Program-made: the position numbers and the translations under genes | Shown: piece after piece, positions 10,143 to 18,440 of the stretch | Layout of the letters: the number at the start of each line of letters is the position of its first letter | Numbering within the stretch: position 1 is the stretch's first letter | Source of the DNA: Candidatus Bathyarchaeia archaeon | GTDB taxonomy: Archaea; Thermoproteota; Bathyarchaeia; 40CM-2-53-6 | NCBI GenBank assembly: GCA_035656295.1 | Contig: DASRSU010000025.1 | Coordinates: 65,543-129,542, forward strand | Reading direction: 5' to 3' | Length of the DNA: 64,000 nt | Notes under the pieces: generated by a model | Told to the model about the DNA's origin: nothing | Seen by the model: the letters and a program-made list of their open reading frames with translations, nothing else | Database searches by the model: none

Positions 10143-10276
10143 TGGAGCCGGGGGTGGGAATTGAACCCACCTTAACCATCTTTTTCGTAGATGTTTACTA
10201 CGGGTTGCTACGAGGCATGTTCTGCAGCCCGTCGCCTGAACCAATCGGCCCTCGGTGGCAGGATGCCAACCCCGGC
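10143..10276 (-). tRNA. tRNA-Cys(GCA) with three introns (10251-10268, 10206-10221, 10171-10194)
   Basis: Removing 18, 16 and 24 nt gives a 76-nt cloverleaf: GCCGGGG/CCCCGGC acceptor, U73, encoded CCA, loop CT-GCA-GA, T arm GTGGG-TTCAATT-CCCAC. Each junction folds as a BHB or relaxed BHB. Confidence 0.9.
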
Positions 10277-10364
10277 CTCGTATGGCCCCCGGCAGAATCG
10301 CCGAAGCCGGCTGAACTGTATAAGCTTGTTGAGAAAGGATCAGAGTTCTGCGTCGTGGTTGAGA

Positions 10365-11279
10365 TTATTCGGACTTGTCTTTCGAAGACTCCGTAAGGTA
10401 TCCCTTCAACTGCGAGACCATGCTTGTGAATTCCATTGGGAAAATATACTTGGTTGATGGACTTGCACCGATTGCTTTCAACGCGTCCAAGTATTGCAGT
10501 GCCATCGTCTTGGCGTCTATACCTTTTGCAGCGCCGAATACGAGATTCAGCGCCTGCGCATAGCCCTCCGCGCGAAGTATTGCTGATTGCTTATCTCCTT
10601 CCGCTCTGAGGACAGTCGCATTCTTGTCTCCTTCGGCTACTAGCACCGTTGATTCCCGCTTGCCATCTGCCTCCGTGACCATGGCTCTACGGTTCCTCTC
10701 CGCGGTCATCTGCTTCACCATCGCCTCCTGTACATCCTTTGGAGGTCGGATTTCTCGGATCTCGACGTTGGTTACCTTGATGCCCCATCTCTCTGTTACC
10801 TCGTCAAGTCGTGTTCGGAGGAGGTTGTTGATCTGTTCCCTTTTGGCGAGAAGTTCGTCTAGTGGAATGTCTCCGACAACGGCTCTGAGGGTGGTCGTTG
10901 CGAGTCCGACTGAGGCGCCTGTAAAGTTCTGTACTTGGACGACGCTCTGGGAGGCGTCGACGACCTTGTAGTAGATCAGAAAGTCAATGTCGACGGGGGC
11001 ATTGTCCTTCGTGATGGCTGTCTGGTGCGGGACCTCCAGGTATCGTTCTCGGAGGTCCGTCTTGATGAGTCGATTGATGATTGGTATGATGAATATAATT
11101 CCAGGGCCCTTGGCGCCCATGAGACGTCCGAGACGGAACTGGACGACTCTCTCATACTCTCGAACTATCTTGATTGAGGATGCTAACAGACCAAGGATGA
11201 AAATTAGGGCAATGATGCCGAGAAATACTTCGACGATAAGAGTGGCAGCATCAATCTGTAACGCAAAGGATTCAAACAT
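10365..11279 (-). CDS. SPFH/stomatin (band 7) membrane protein
   Basis: N-terminal TM; VREYERVVQFRLG, TKDNAPVDID, WGIKVTNVEIREI, QMTAERNRRA. Confidence 0.95.
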   Translation of the reverse strand: MFESFALQIDAATLIVEVFLGIIALIFILGLLASSIKIVREYERVVQFRLGRLMGAKGPGIIFIIPIINRLIKTDLRERYLEVPHQTAITKDNAPVDIDFLIYYKVVDASQSVVQVQNFTGASVGLATTTLRAVVGDIPLDELLAKREQINNLLRTRLDEVTERWGIKVTNVEIREIRPPKDVQEAMVKQMTAERNRRAMVTEADGKRESTVLVAEGDKNATVLRAEGDKQSAILRAEGYAQALNLVFGAAKGIDAKTMALQYLDALKAIGASPSTKYIFPMEFTSMVSQLKGYLTESSKDKSE

Positions 11280-12631
11280 CAGTTTTTGGCCTCGGCCTTC
11301 TCAACCACTAGTTTGAGTCCTTGAACATCCTTGACCCTGATCCGCGTGCCCTTTTGTAGGTTCTCGGATCCTGTCACTGAATAGTCTTCGGCGTTGACGC
11401 GTGCGGTTGCAATCTGGCCGGCGGTCAAGTCGGTCGTCAGGTCGCCTTCTTTTCCTATTATAGCCTTGGGATCAATCGAGGGTGGCCGGTACATCAATGT
11501 CTCGCGAACTCTGTAGAGGTAGATGCTTCCCAGTACTCCTCCGCCTCCGACAATTCCGAGAATCGCGTACGTGATGGGTCCTATCTCTATGAAATTCGCT
11601 GCTGGGTGAGAAGGTGTCGAGGGTGGTGGCGTTGAGGATGCCGGCAGCGTGAAGATGAGCAAGAAGCCGACTATGAATATGACTACTCCAATTGTTGCGC
11701 TCAGCCCATGATGTGTCTTCAGTTCTAGAAAGACGAAGGCGGCTCCGATAATCATCAAGATTATCGAGACAATCGGCGCGCCAAAGACGCCCAGTCCGAC
11801 GAGGCCGAGGGCAATGGCCGCAGCTCCTACGACTGAGAGAACTACGGTCGGATGGTAAATGTCGGCGAGTATCGCAAAAGTTCCGAGTAGAAAGAGAACG
11901 CTATCTAGGTTGGGATCTGCGAGCACGGAAATTAGAGTTGACCCTATTCCGGGAGTATGGATTTCGACTCCTGCGGGAGCGCCGGCTTGTGTGACAGCTT
12001 GTTCAACAGAGGGCCCTGGGATAACCTTGTCGACTACTCTCTCTTGCAGCGCAGTGCACTGGGTTAGCGATATGCAGTCGTACGAGACGCCTTTTCTGAC
12101 CATGGCCTCGGTGGCATTCGGATTCCTTGGTGGATGAGTGATAGACCTCATGTATGCTGCGAATCCGTTAATGTCCTTGGTCAGCGTCGAGTTCACCTCT
12201 CCGGTAGGAATGCCATAGACTATGGGAGTGGCTGAACCTATGGTCGTCCCTGGAACGACGAAGATGCTGTTCGAAGCCTCAGCAATGTAAGCTCCGGCGC
12301 TGAACGCATGAGCTCCGGCTGGTGCAATGAGAGTAGTGAAATTGTTTCCAGCTGCTTCATACTTTGAGATCGCGCTGATAATATTGTCCATGTTTTGTCC
12401 GCTTCCGCCGAACGTGTTCAGGACGAGGATGAAGTGGTGGGCGCCAGCAGCTGTGGCATCGTTGATCGATGAAACGACAAAATTCTCCGCTCCAGGGTCA
12501 ATTGTCATGTTCATAGACGCAACATAGTAATCGGATGCTGCGTGGCCTTGAGGGATTGAGGAATGAACAAGCAGTAGCACTCCGGCTACGACCAAGATGA
12601 GGGTCAGCACGCGTCTAGGAGTTTCCACCAT
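11279..12631 (-). CDS. nfeD: NfeD long form (ClpP-class serine protease domain, TMs, C-terminal OB fold)
   Basis: Signal peptide; LNTFGG, AFSAGAYI, IGSATP; four TMs; C-terminal IGKEG...VNAEDY...GTRIRV; overlaps the SPFH gene (known pair). Confidence 0.9.
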   Translation of the reverse strand: MVETPRRVLTLILVVAGVLLLVHSSIPQGHAASDYYVASMNMTIDPGAENFVVSSINDATAAGAHHFILVLNTFGGSGQNMDNIISAISKYEAAGNNFTTLIAPAGAHAFSAGAYIAEASNSIFVVPGTTIGSATPIVYGIPTGEVNSTLTKDINGFAAYMRSITHPPRNPNATEAMVRKGVSYDCISLTQCTALQERVVDKVIPGPSVEQAVTQAGAPAGVEIHTPGIGSTLISVLADPNLDSVLFLLGTFAILADIYHPTVVLSVVGAAAIALGLVGLGVFGAPIVSIILMIIGAAFVFLELKTHHGLSATIGVVIFIVGFLLIFTLPASSTPPPSTPSHPAANFIEIGPITYAILGIVGGGGVLGSIYLYRVRETLMYRPPSIDPKAIIGKEGDLTTDLTAGQIATARVNAEDYSVTGSENLQKGTRIRVKDVQGLKLVVEKAEAKN

Positions 12632-12816
12632 ATTGAAACGCTACTATTCCTCAAGATCATGTGCTTGCTTATGCTTAAGGCTAATCCCAATCACGAACAT
12701 TTCGAGAAGCCCTCCGCAATTCTGCGCAGGAACACATTGAGCTGTCGGGACACGTCTTTCCTCCACATCCTTAGGTAAAGCGATCTTACGGAACCCAGAG
12801 TTTCTGCTAATTCGGT

Positions 12817-15231
12817 CTATCTGGCGACGAGCGCGAATTTTGTCATTTCTTCTGCCATGTCTGACAGTCGTTTGTCGACTCTATAATGAACAGTACCTGG
12901 CTCATATGTGCGATCACTTCTAAGTTCTCCGGCTTTCACGCCGGTTAGAAGTTCAATACCCTCGTCAATATTGCTAACGGCATGGATGTGAAATCGGTCT
13001 TGCTTGACCGCTTCAACTATTTCCTCGTCGACCATTAAATGCTGGATATTGCTCCTCGGTATCAGAACCCCCTCGTTGCCTTGGAACCCCTTGGCTTTGC
13101 AAGCACGGTAGAACCCTTCGATCTTCTCGTTCACTTCTCCTATTGCCTGGACCTGACCCTCTTGGTTTACTGAGCCGGTCACGGCGAGATTCTGTTTGAT
13201 GGGTAGTTCCGAGAGAGCAGAGAGTATCGCGTAGAGCTCGCTGCTTGATGCACTGTCACCGTCTATTCCACCGTAGCTCTGCTCGAATACGAGTCTGCAG
13301 GATAGGCTTAGAGGCTTGTTTCGCGCATACTTATTCTCCAAATAACCGGATATTATGAGGACGCCCTTGGTGTGTGTTCGTCCACTCATTCTGGCTTCTC
13401 TTTCAATGTTAATGATACCTCGCCTTCCAAGACCCAGGCTGGCCGTAATTCTGGAAGGTTGACCGAAATCGAAGTCTCCGAGGCTTATGACGGAGAGTCC
13501 GTTTACTTGTCCTACTTTGAGTCCTGACGTGTCAATGAGTATGATGCCCCTCTCTATGGCCTCTCTGACCTTCTCGTCGAGAAGGTTCGAGCGATACACT
13601 TTTTCATGCAGGGCTTTCTTTACATGCGCGTCTTTGACATACTTGGAATTGTCTTGTGTGGCGTAGAAGCTAGCCTCTCTGACTAGATCTGCGATTTTAG
13701 GGAACTTGGTTGAGAGCTTTCTCTGATCTTCGGCCAGCCGAGAACCATACTCTAGAACTTTTCCTAAGGCAGAGGCGTCCAAATGGTTGAGAGCTTCTCT
13801 CTCGCAAAGAGAGTGCACGAAGCTGCCGTATGTCTCCAAGTTCTGATCGTTTCGTTCTATCGAATCGTCGAACTGAGCCTTCACCTTAAACAGAATGCTG
13901 AAGTCGGGATCCGCCGTGTAGAGCGCTTGGTATATGTTATGGTCGCCGACCAAGATAACCTTGACATCCAACGGTATCGCTTGCGGAGTGAGACTCTTGA
14001 TGCTGGCCAGCCCCAGCCTCTCCTGGGTTTCCTCGATCCTAATGTTGCCGCTGTGAAGTGCACGTTTCAGTCCGTCGTAGGAGAGAGAATTTCTCAGCAG
14101 TTCGGTGGCGCCGAGGATAAGGTAGCCGCCATTAGCCTCGTGTAGGGAGCCTCCTTTTATGAGGGTAAAATCTGTTTTCAACGTTCCAAATCGAGCCTCA
14201 TTCTCGATCTTACCGAGAAGATTTGAGACTGTAGGGTTATCCACGGAAATTACGGGCGCTCCTTTGACTCTTGAATTGTCCACGATCAGGTTGACTTCGT
14301 ACCTTCGGAAAGATAACTCGGGCAAGTCCTTCTCCAACGGATTCGCCGCTGACCCGTCGCCGTCATCGCGTGGCCGCGTGTCGCGTTGAATGAACAACTC
14401 TGGATTATCGAGGATATCATCTCTCGCCTCATTGAGATACTGCACGACTTCCGGCAAGTCACCGTAGCGAGACGTGAGAATCTTGACTAGATCGCCGATA
14501 GCGTAGTGAACTGCATCGTCCCTCAGCTTCTTCAGGTCTCTCAAGGCCGTAGCTTCGATCTCGGTAACCTGCTTTCCAGTCTTGTCCAGAGCAGTCCTAA
14601 CAGTGTCTCGAGTCGCTTCATACTTTTTCTTCACGTCGGGGGGTAGGGAGTCGAATTCTTCTTGGCTCAGGGGCTTGCCCTCTCGGACAGGGATTATTGT
14701 GATGCCAAGTTGGGTCAGTCTCACCGTGTAGCCGTTCCGTTCGGCTTCTTCGTTAAGCTTGTTCAGAATCCTGTTTCTTTCTGCTACCGACTTTTTGGTT
14801 ATGTCGTTTATCTGGGAGAGATAAGTCTCGCTTTGAAGGGCAGAAGGAACACCTCGTTTGGCCTGGTCTAAGAAATTTTTCATATCCTTCTGAAATATGC
14901 TTCCTCTTCCTGATGGAAGTTTGACCGCCTTGGGTTCGAAGGGGTTTTGGAAATTGTTCACATAGATCCAGTCGGGAGGCGTGGGTTTGGTTTTCGCTAC
15001 GCTTTCCAGGAAGCTGCGCGTGGCGGGTCTCTTGCCTGTAAGAGGAAGTCCGGCAGCATAGATGTTGAATCCTTTAGCCTTCATCTCTATGCCGAATCTG
15101 ATCGCCTTTAGAGCCCGATCTTGTCCTATGATGCCCTCAACGGGGCCAAGTTCTTTGGTGGTCTTACAACCTACCTTGTCGGGTGGATACTGTAAACGGA
15201 GTTTTTCCGGGGAAAGCTTGGTGACAGTCAT
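12817..15231 (-). CDS. LonC-type Lon-like protease (AAA-like domain with coiled-coil insert, S16 protease domain)
   Basis: IIGQDRA, GSLHEANGGYL, GQPSRITAS, DGDSAS with Lys at +43 (NEKIEGF); Walker A reads GLPLTGKRP. Confidence 0.88.
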   Translation of the reverse strand: MTVTKLSPEKLRLQYPPDKVGCKTTKELGPVEGIIGQDRALKAIRFGIEMKAKGFNIYAAGLPLTGKRPATRSFLESVAKTKPTPPDWIYVNNFQNPFEPKAVKLPSGRGSIFQKDMKNFLDQAKRGVPSALQSETYLSQINDITKKSVAERNRILNKLNEEAERNGYTVRLTQLGITIIPVREGKPLSQEEFDSLPPDVKKKYEATRDTVRTALDKTGKQVTEIEATALRDLKKLRDDAVHYAIGDLVKILTSRYGDLPEVVQYLNEARDDILDNPELFIQRDTRPRDDGDGSAANPLEKDLPELSFRRYEVNLIVDNSRVKGAPVISVDNPTVSNLLGKIENEARFGTLKTDFTLIKGGSLHEANGGYLILGATELLRNSLSYDGLKRALHSGNIRIEETQERLGLASIKSLTPQAIPLDVKVILVGDHNIYQALYTADPDFSILFKVKAQFDDSIERNDQNLETYGSFVHSLCEREALNHLDASALGKVLEYGSRLAEDQRKLSTKFPKIADLVREASFYATQDNSKYVKDAHVKKALHEKVYRSNLLDEKVREAIERGIILIDTSGLKVGQVNGLSVISLGDFDFGQPSRITASLGLGRRGIINIEREARMSGRTHTKGVLIISGYLENKYARNKPLSLSCRLVFEQSYGGIDGDSASSSELYAILSALSELPIKQNLAVTGSVNQEGQVQAIGEVNEKIEGFYRACKAKGFQGNEGVLIPRSNIQHLMVDEEIVEAVKQDRFHIHAVSNIDEGIELLTGVKAGELRSDRTYEPGTVHYRVDKRLSDMAEEMTKFALVAR

Positions 15232-15393
15232 TAGACGCGAAGAGATTGATGGTTCTGTTAAGTCTTCGGCTAGCTACGCTTTGAAACCGCCGTGATTAGG
15301 CTCCGATCATGTCGTCTTGAAGAGCATCATATCCGTTGAGACGTAAGCGTTTAGTAACTTCCGGGGCTTAAGAAGAACTGGGCTCTACGTGGA

Positions 15394-15528
15394 TGGCGGG
15401 ACCGGTGGGATTTGAACCCACGACCTTCGGGTCTCACTGCGGTCCATGGCTCCGGAGCCCGATGTCCTATCCTGGTTGTCCTCCCGCTACGGTGACCCGC
15501 ACGGTAGCGTGATCTAGACTACGGTCCC
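15394..15528 (-). tRNA. tRNA-Arg(CCG) with two introns (15476-15513 at 15/16; 15433-15451 at 37/38)
   Basis: Removing 38 and 19 nt gives a 78-nt cloverleaf: GGGACCG/CGGTCCC, A20, loop CT-CCG-GA, G73, CCA. The 38-nt intron is a long hairpin with central helix GTCT/GGAC. Confidence 0.9.
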
Positions 15529-15543
15529 GTATCAGAGGGAGAA

Positions 15544-16005
15544 TTGAACGATCGAATAAAAGCATGGACGCGAAACAGAAACTGGGCTCGCATCAAACCC
15601 AGAAAAACTGTACCTAGAATTCCCGGAATGATTTTCCAAAAGCATTCTTTTGTTTGTCTAGGACCCCCCGGGGGGCAAGTCGCGCGTCTGAGCCCATGGG
15701 AGCCCGCCGAGCTAGCACGCGATGCCGCTGCTAGCTACGTTGAAGCCTACTACATCAATTCATGTAATCAGTTGCCTGGAGGAGGGTTGCTTACTTTCGT
15801 TAACATTGCCTCGAATCCCTCAACCGGTTGGGCTCTAGGCACCTACGGAACCTCACCCAATTGCGGATATTCAACCTACACGCCGTCTCCATCGGCGGTC
15901 TACTTATGCTGGAATTGGTACAATTGCAACCCCGCTCCTCCTCCGCCGCCACCGGGTCCGTGCAGCCACCCACCATGCTGGCAAAGTCCTCGCCCAGATC
16001 CTTAG
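15544..16005 (+). CDS. Cys/Pro-rich hypothetical peptide; start uncertain, possibly a 5'-truncated secreted protein
   Basis: Downstream of repeat A the frame looks protein-like (YVEAYYINSCNQ...CWNWYNCNPAPPPPPPGPCSHPPCW). The 5' part is a read-through of repeat A. Confidence 0.45.
   Translation: MNDRIKAWTRNRNWARIKPRKTVPRIPGMIFQKHSFVCLGPPGGQVARLSPWEPAELARDAAASYVEAYYINSCNQLPGGGLLTFVNIASNPSTGWALGTYGTSPNCGYSTYTPSPSAVYLCWNWYNCNPAPPPPPPGPCSHPPCWQSPRPDP
15631..15695 (+). repeat. tRNA-adjacent repeat family, copy A (left half only)
   Basis: T/A tracts, CTAG, C/G runs, then GTCGCGCGTCTGAGCCC, a 17-mer identical to the reverse complement of 63549-63565. Confidence 0.8.
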
Positions 16006-16065
16006 GAAATATCCATTCGTTGTTCGAGCAGTAACAAAAGGGATAGAATCAATAGCATCGTTCCA

Positions 16066-16305
16066 ATGGGATTCAAGGAAATGTCAAAGGGGAGATTCTG
16101 GGCGATAATCATTGCAACGGTGATTTATCCGTTAGTCGTATTTTTGTTCGCTCCCCCAATCTATGAATGTTTCCCAGACGGGAGTGGTTGCGGATTGCGT
16201 CCTAACCTCCTCCTTCCAATACTCCCTATTCCCGAGATTCCGTTAGGATGGACTGCCATCTCCACCGGGATTTCACGGCGGAGAGGCGCAGCTTCTACAC
16301 CATAA
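16066..16305 (+). CDS. Small membrane protein with a Cys pair
   Basis: ATG start; TM FWAIIIATVIYPLVVFLFAPP; loop YECFPDGSGCG; second hydrophobic Pro-rich stretch. Confidence 0.6.
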   Translation: MGFKEMSKGRFWAIIIATVIYPLVVFLFAPPIYECFPDGSGCGLRPNLLLPILPIPEIPLGWTAISTGISRRRGAASTP

Positions 16306-16314
16306 GCCTGTCCG

Positions 16315-16446
16315 ATTTTTTCTTAAAAAATAAGGGTTCTTTTTTCTAGGGGCCCGGGGGGGTAGCCGAGTCGCGCACCTGAGCCTGTTCAGAAAACACT
16401 ACAGAACAGCCTATGTCAGGGGCTATTCATACTCTATTCCAAATAA
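16315..16446 (+). repeat. tRNA-adjacent repeat family, copy B
   Basis: Co-linear with copy D over about 130 nt; ends with TATTCATACTCTATTCCAAATA (16424-16445; 21/22 identical to D). Confidence 0.85.
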
Positions 16447-16587
16447 GAACCCGATTTGGGAGATTGGAATAGACTCGCCCGAAACGAACCCTGATGGTTG
16501 AAATAAACAGCACCTTGCTCCAGCACGCTTACCAATGCCCAACAGTCACTTTCTCCGTTTTTCACACTTTTTGCAACTGATTTCTCG

Positions 16588-16794
16588 GACGTTTCCAGAC
16601 GATTCCCTACGAGAAACACCCAAGACAACCTAACAACGTCCACCAACCGTTACAATCATAATTCCAAAGACGATTAATGTACTAGCAAAGAAATCTAGAC
16701 CCCCTAGGCAGAGAAAAATCGCGCGCGTGAGCCCGAACGAAAACAGTACGAAAACCACACGAACCAGCGTTTATTCATACTCGATTCCGAATAG
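16588..16794 (+). repeat. tRNA-adjacent repeat family, copy C (long form)
   Basis: 16588-16617 is 26/30 identical to the reverse complement of 63837-63866; core AAATCTAGACCCCCTAG...GCGCGC.TGAGCCCG..GAAAAC; terminal TATTCATACTCGATTCCGAATA (16772-16793). Confidence 0.85.
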
Positions 16795-16884
16795 AACACG
16801 AGCCAAGCCGTCTAGTCTCGCGTGTAGTCTACCCTTATCGCGACGTTAATAGGACTGATACGCGATGATACATGTCCGCGCACA

Positions 16885-17121
16885 ATGGCTTCCTCCAATC
16901 GCAGCAGGCTCTTCTGGAGCGGTATCTGGATCTACTCTATCGCAACCGGTCTCGCCAGCATGCTATTCATGGCGCTCACGTTCTACACCGAAGTAACCGG
17001 CAACGGAATACGGTTCATCGAACCAAACCGGGTCCTAGCAGCAGGAGAACTTGCAACAGTAACAACGGGAATGATGGCGCTCCTCATCCTCTTCTTCAGA
17101 AGTCTCTCACTGAAAGAATAG
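16885..17121 (+). CDS. Small two-TM membrane protein
   Basis: 78 aa; ATG start; two hydrophobic segments. Confidence 0.6.
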   Translation: MASSNRSRLFWSGIWIYSIATGLASMLFMALTFYTEVTGNGIRFIEPNRVLAAGELATVTTGMMALLILFFRSLSLKE

Positions 17122-17149
17122 CCTCGGTACGACCTCTTTCTTCTGATGA

Positions 17150-17509
17150 TCAGGCCGGAATCAGAAAGATCGCGAAAATCATCATTGCCAGCACGACCAA
17201 CGTGATGGCCAGATAATGAAGATCCCTTGCTAATGCAAAGTACGCCGAGGATATTGCGACACGCAGTACTGGCGTAGCAACTAAGACAATTACCCCAAGG
17301 TAGACGATCCCGACAATATCACCACGCGCCGCCTGCGCGAACACTGAAAGAAGACTCCGGCCGGTGCTACTTCCAACATCGGCGAATCCCCGCGTAGCCC
17401 AGAGCAAGATCCCTAGAAGACACAGTGCCGCCGAGACGACCACACCAAGGCGTAGCGAATATGAAACAATCCGGTTAAGATCCACGAGATTACAGTCCTG
17501 TCGCAACAT
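17150..17509 (-). CDS. DUF1634-family membrane protein
   Basis: LRLGVVVSAAL...LGVIVLVATPVLRVAIS...LAITLVVL; typical partner of TSUP transporters. Confidence 0.85.
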   Translation of the reverse strand: MLRQDCNLVDLNRIVSYSLRLGVVVSAALCLLGILLWATRGFADVGSSTGRSLLSVFAQAARGDIVGIVYLGVIVLVATPVLRVAISSAYFALARDLHYLAITLVVLAMMIFAIFLIPA

Positions 17510-18401
17510 TGAACGCTTTCAGAATCATCACAACCGATATTCCTGCCAACAAGATTCCGAACATTACCTTGATCTTCATCGGCGGCGTAATTCTCAGCAG
17601 CCTTGTACCGATAGAAGCGCCCCCAACTACGCCCAAGACGAGTGGAGCGACAAGTAATGCCTCTACGTTCCCACGGAGAAAGTAGACTGAAGCGCTCGCA
17701 GCCGCAGTGACTCCGATCATAAAGTTGCTTGTAGCAGAGGCCACCTTGACCGGCACCTTGCTCACAAGATTCAACGTAGGCACTTTGATTATTCCGCCAC
17801 CGACACCGAGTAGCCCCGACACTATGCCAGCAAGATAACTGATTCCCAGAGTATGCGGTATCCTCATCACATTGTACATAACCCGAGTCCCGGTCGAGGT
17901 ATCCTGGTACTCGCCACCCAGATTGAAACGTCTGGCAAGACTGTCGGCGATTACGTTGGTTGGAATGTCAATCTTCCGACCAGATATCATCAGGACCGTA
18001 GCGTACAGCAGCATCAAAGCAAACAGGAAAAACAGAATCGAAGAAGGAACCAACCCAGCAACATAGGCACCCGTAATCGCTCCAGCCACAGTCCCAACCT
18101 CCAACAGCATTCCCAATCGCAAGTTGGTCAGATGATCGTGAACATACGTTGCAGCAGAAGCACTGGACGTTGCAACAACCGAAACGATGCTCGCTCCGAT
18201 CGCGAAAGGAAGTGGTACACCCTCAACGAGGGTTAGAAACGGAATTATCAAGATACCTCCACCCAGACCAAAAAGGGCTCCTACGAGACCAGCGGCAATT
18301 GAGACGAGGAAGATTTCTAGAACCTGCCAAGGTGTGACCAGTAGCAACGTCTCGCTTCTCCATCCGACGGCGCGGGAGAGAGTGCTAATAAGTAGATTCA
18401 C
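17490..18401 (-). CDS. TauE/SafE (TSUP) family transporter
   Basis: GALFGLGGGILIIPFL and GLLGVGGGIIKVP repeats; ASATSNFMIGVT. True start is probably somewhat downstream of 18401. Confidence 0.92.
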   Translation of the reverse strand: MNLLISTLSRAVGWRSETLLLVTPWQVLEIFLVSIAAGLVGALFGLGGGILIIPFLTLVEGVPLPFAIGASIVSVVATSSASAATYVHDHLTNLRLGMLLEVGTVAGAITGAYVAGLVPSSILFFLFALMLLYATVLMISGRKIDIPTNVIADSLARRFNLGGEYQDTSTGTRVMYNVMRIPHTLGISYLAGIVSGLLGVGGGIIKVPTLNLVSKVPVKVASATSNFMIGVTAAASASVYFLRGNVEALLVAPLVLGVVGGASIGTRLLRITPPMKIKVMFGILLAGISVVMILKAFNVATGL

Positions 18402-18440
18402 GTTGTCAAATGACTGTCCAGTCGGAGTGCGAACTCAAAT

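Noticed and set aside
10294-10311. Third GCCGG copy upstream of tRNA-Cys as a further intron boundary
   Set aside because: No central helix forms, and it lies between the TATA box and the expected start site.
10142-10396. 84-aa ORF from the track
   Set aside because: It is the antisense of the tRNA-Cys gene.
15433-15460. Alternative splicing of the 15394-15528 tRNA to give a CCA (Trp) or Ser anticodon
   Set aside because: A20 and G73 are arginine identity elements, the unshifted loop CT-CCG-GA is canonical, and no better BHB supports the alternatives.
16434-16646. ORFs 16434-16646(-), 63553-63870(-) and 63790-63993(+) as a small protein family (shared FL..RLETS)
   Set aside because: The similarity follows from the DNA repeat. 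Substitutions are largely non-synonymous, homologous frames contain stops, and one ORF runs into a tRNA.
15631-16794. Repeat family read as a CRISPR array
   Set aside because: Units are 65-210 nt, divergent and irregularly spaced; there is no constant 24-48 nt repeat with unique spacers and no cas genes.
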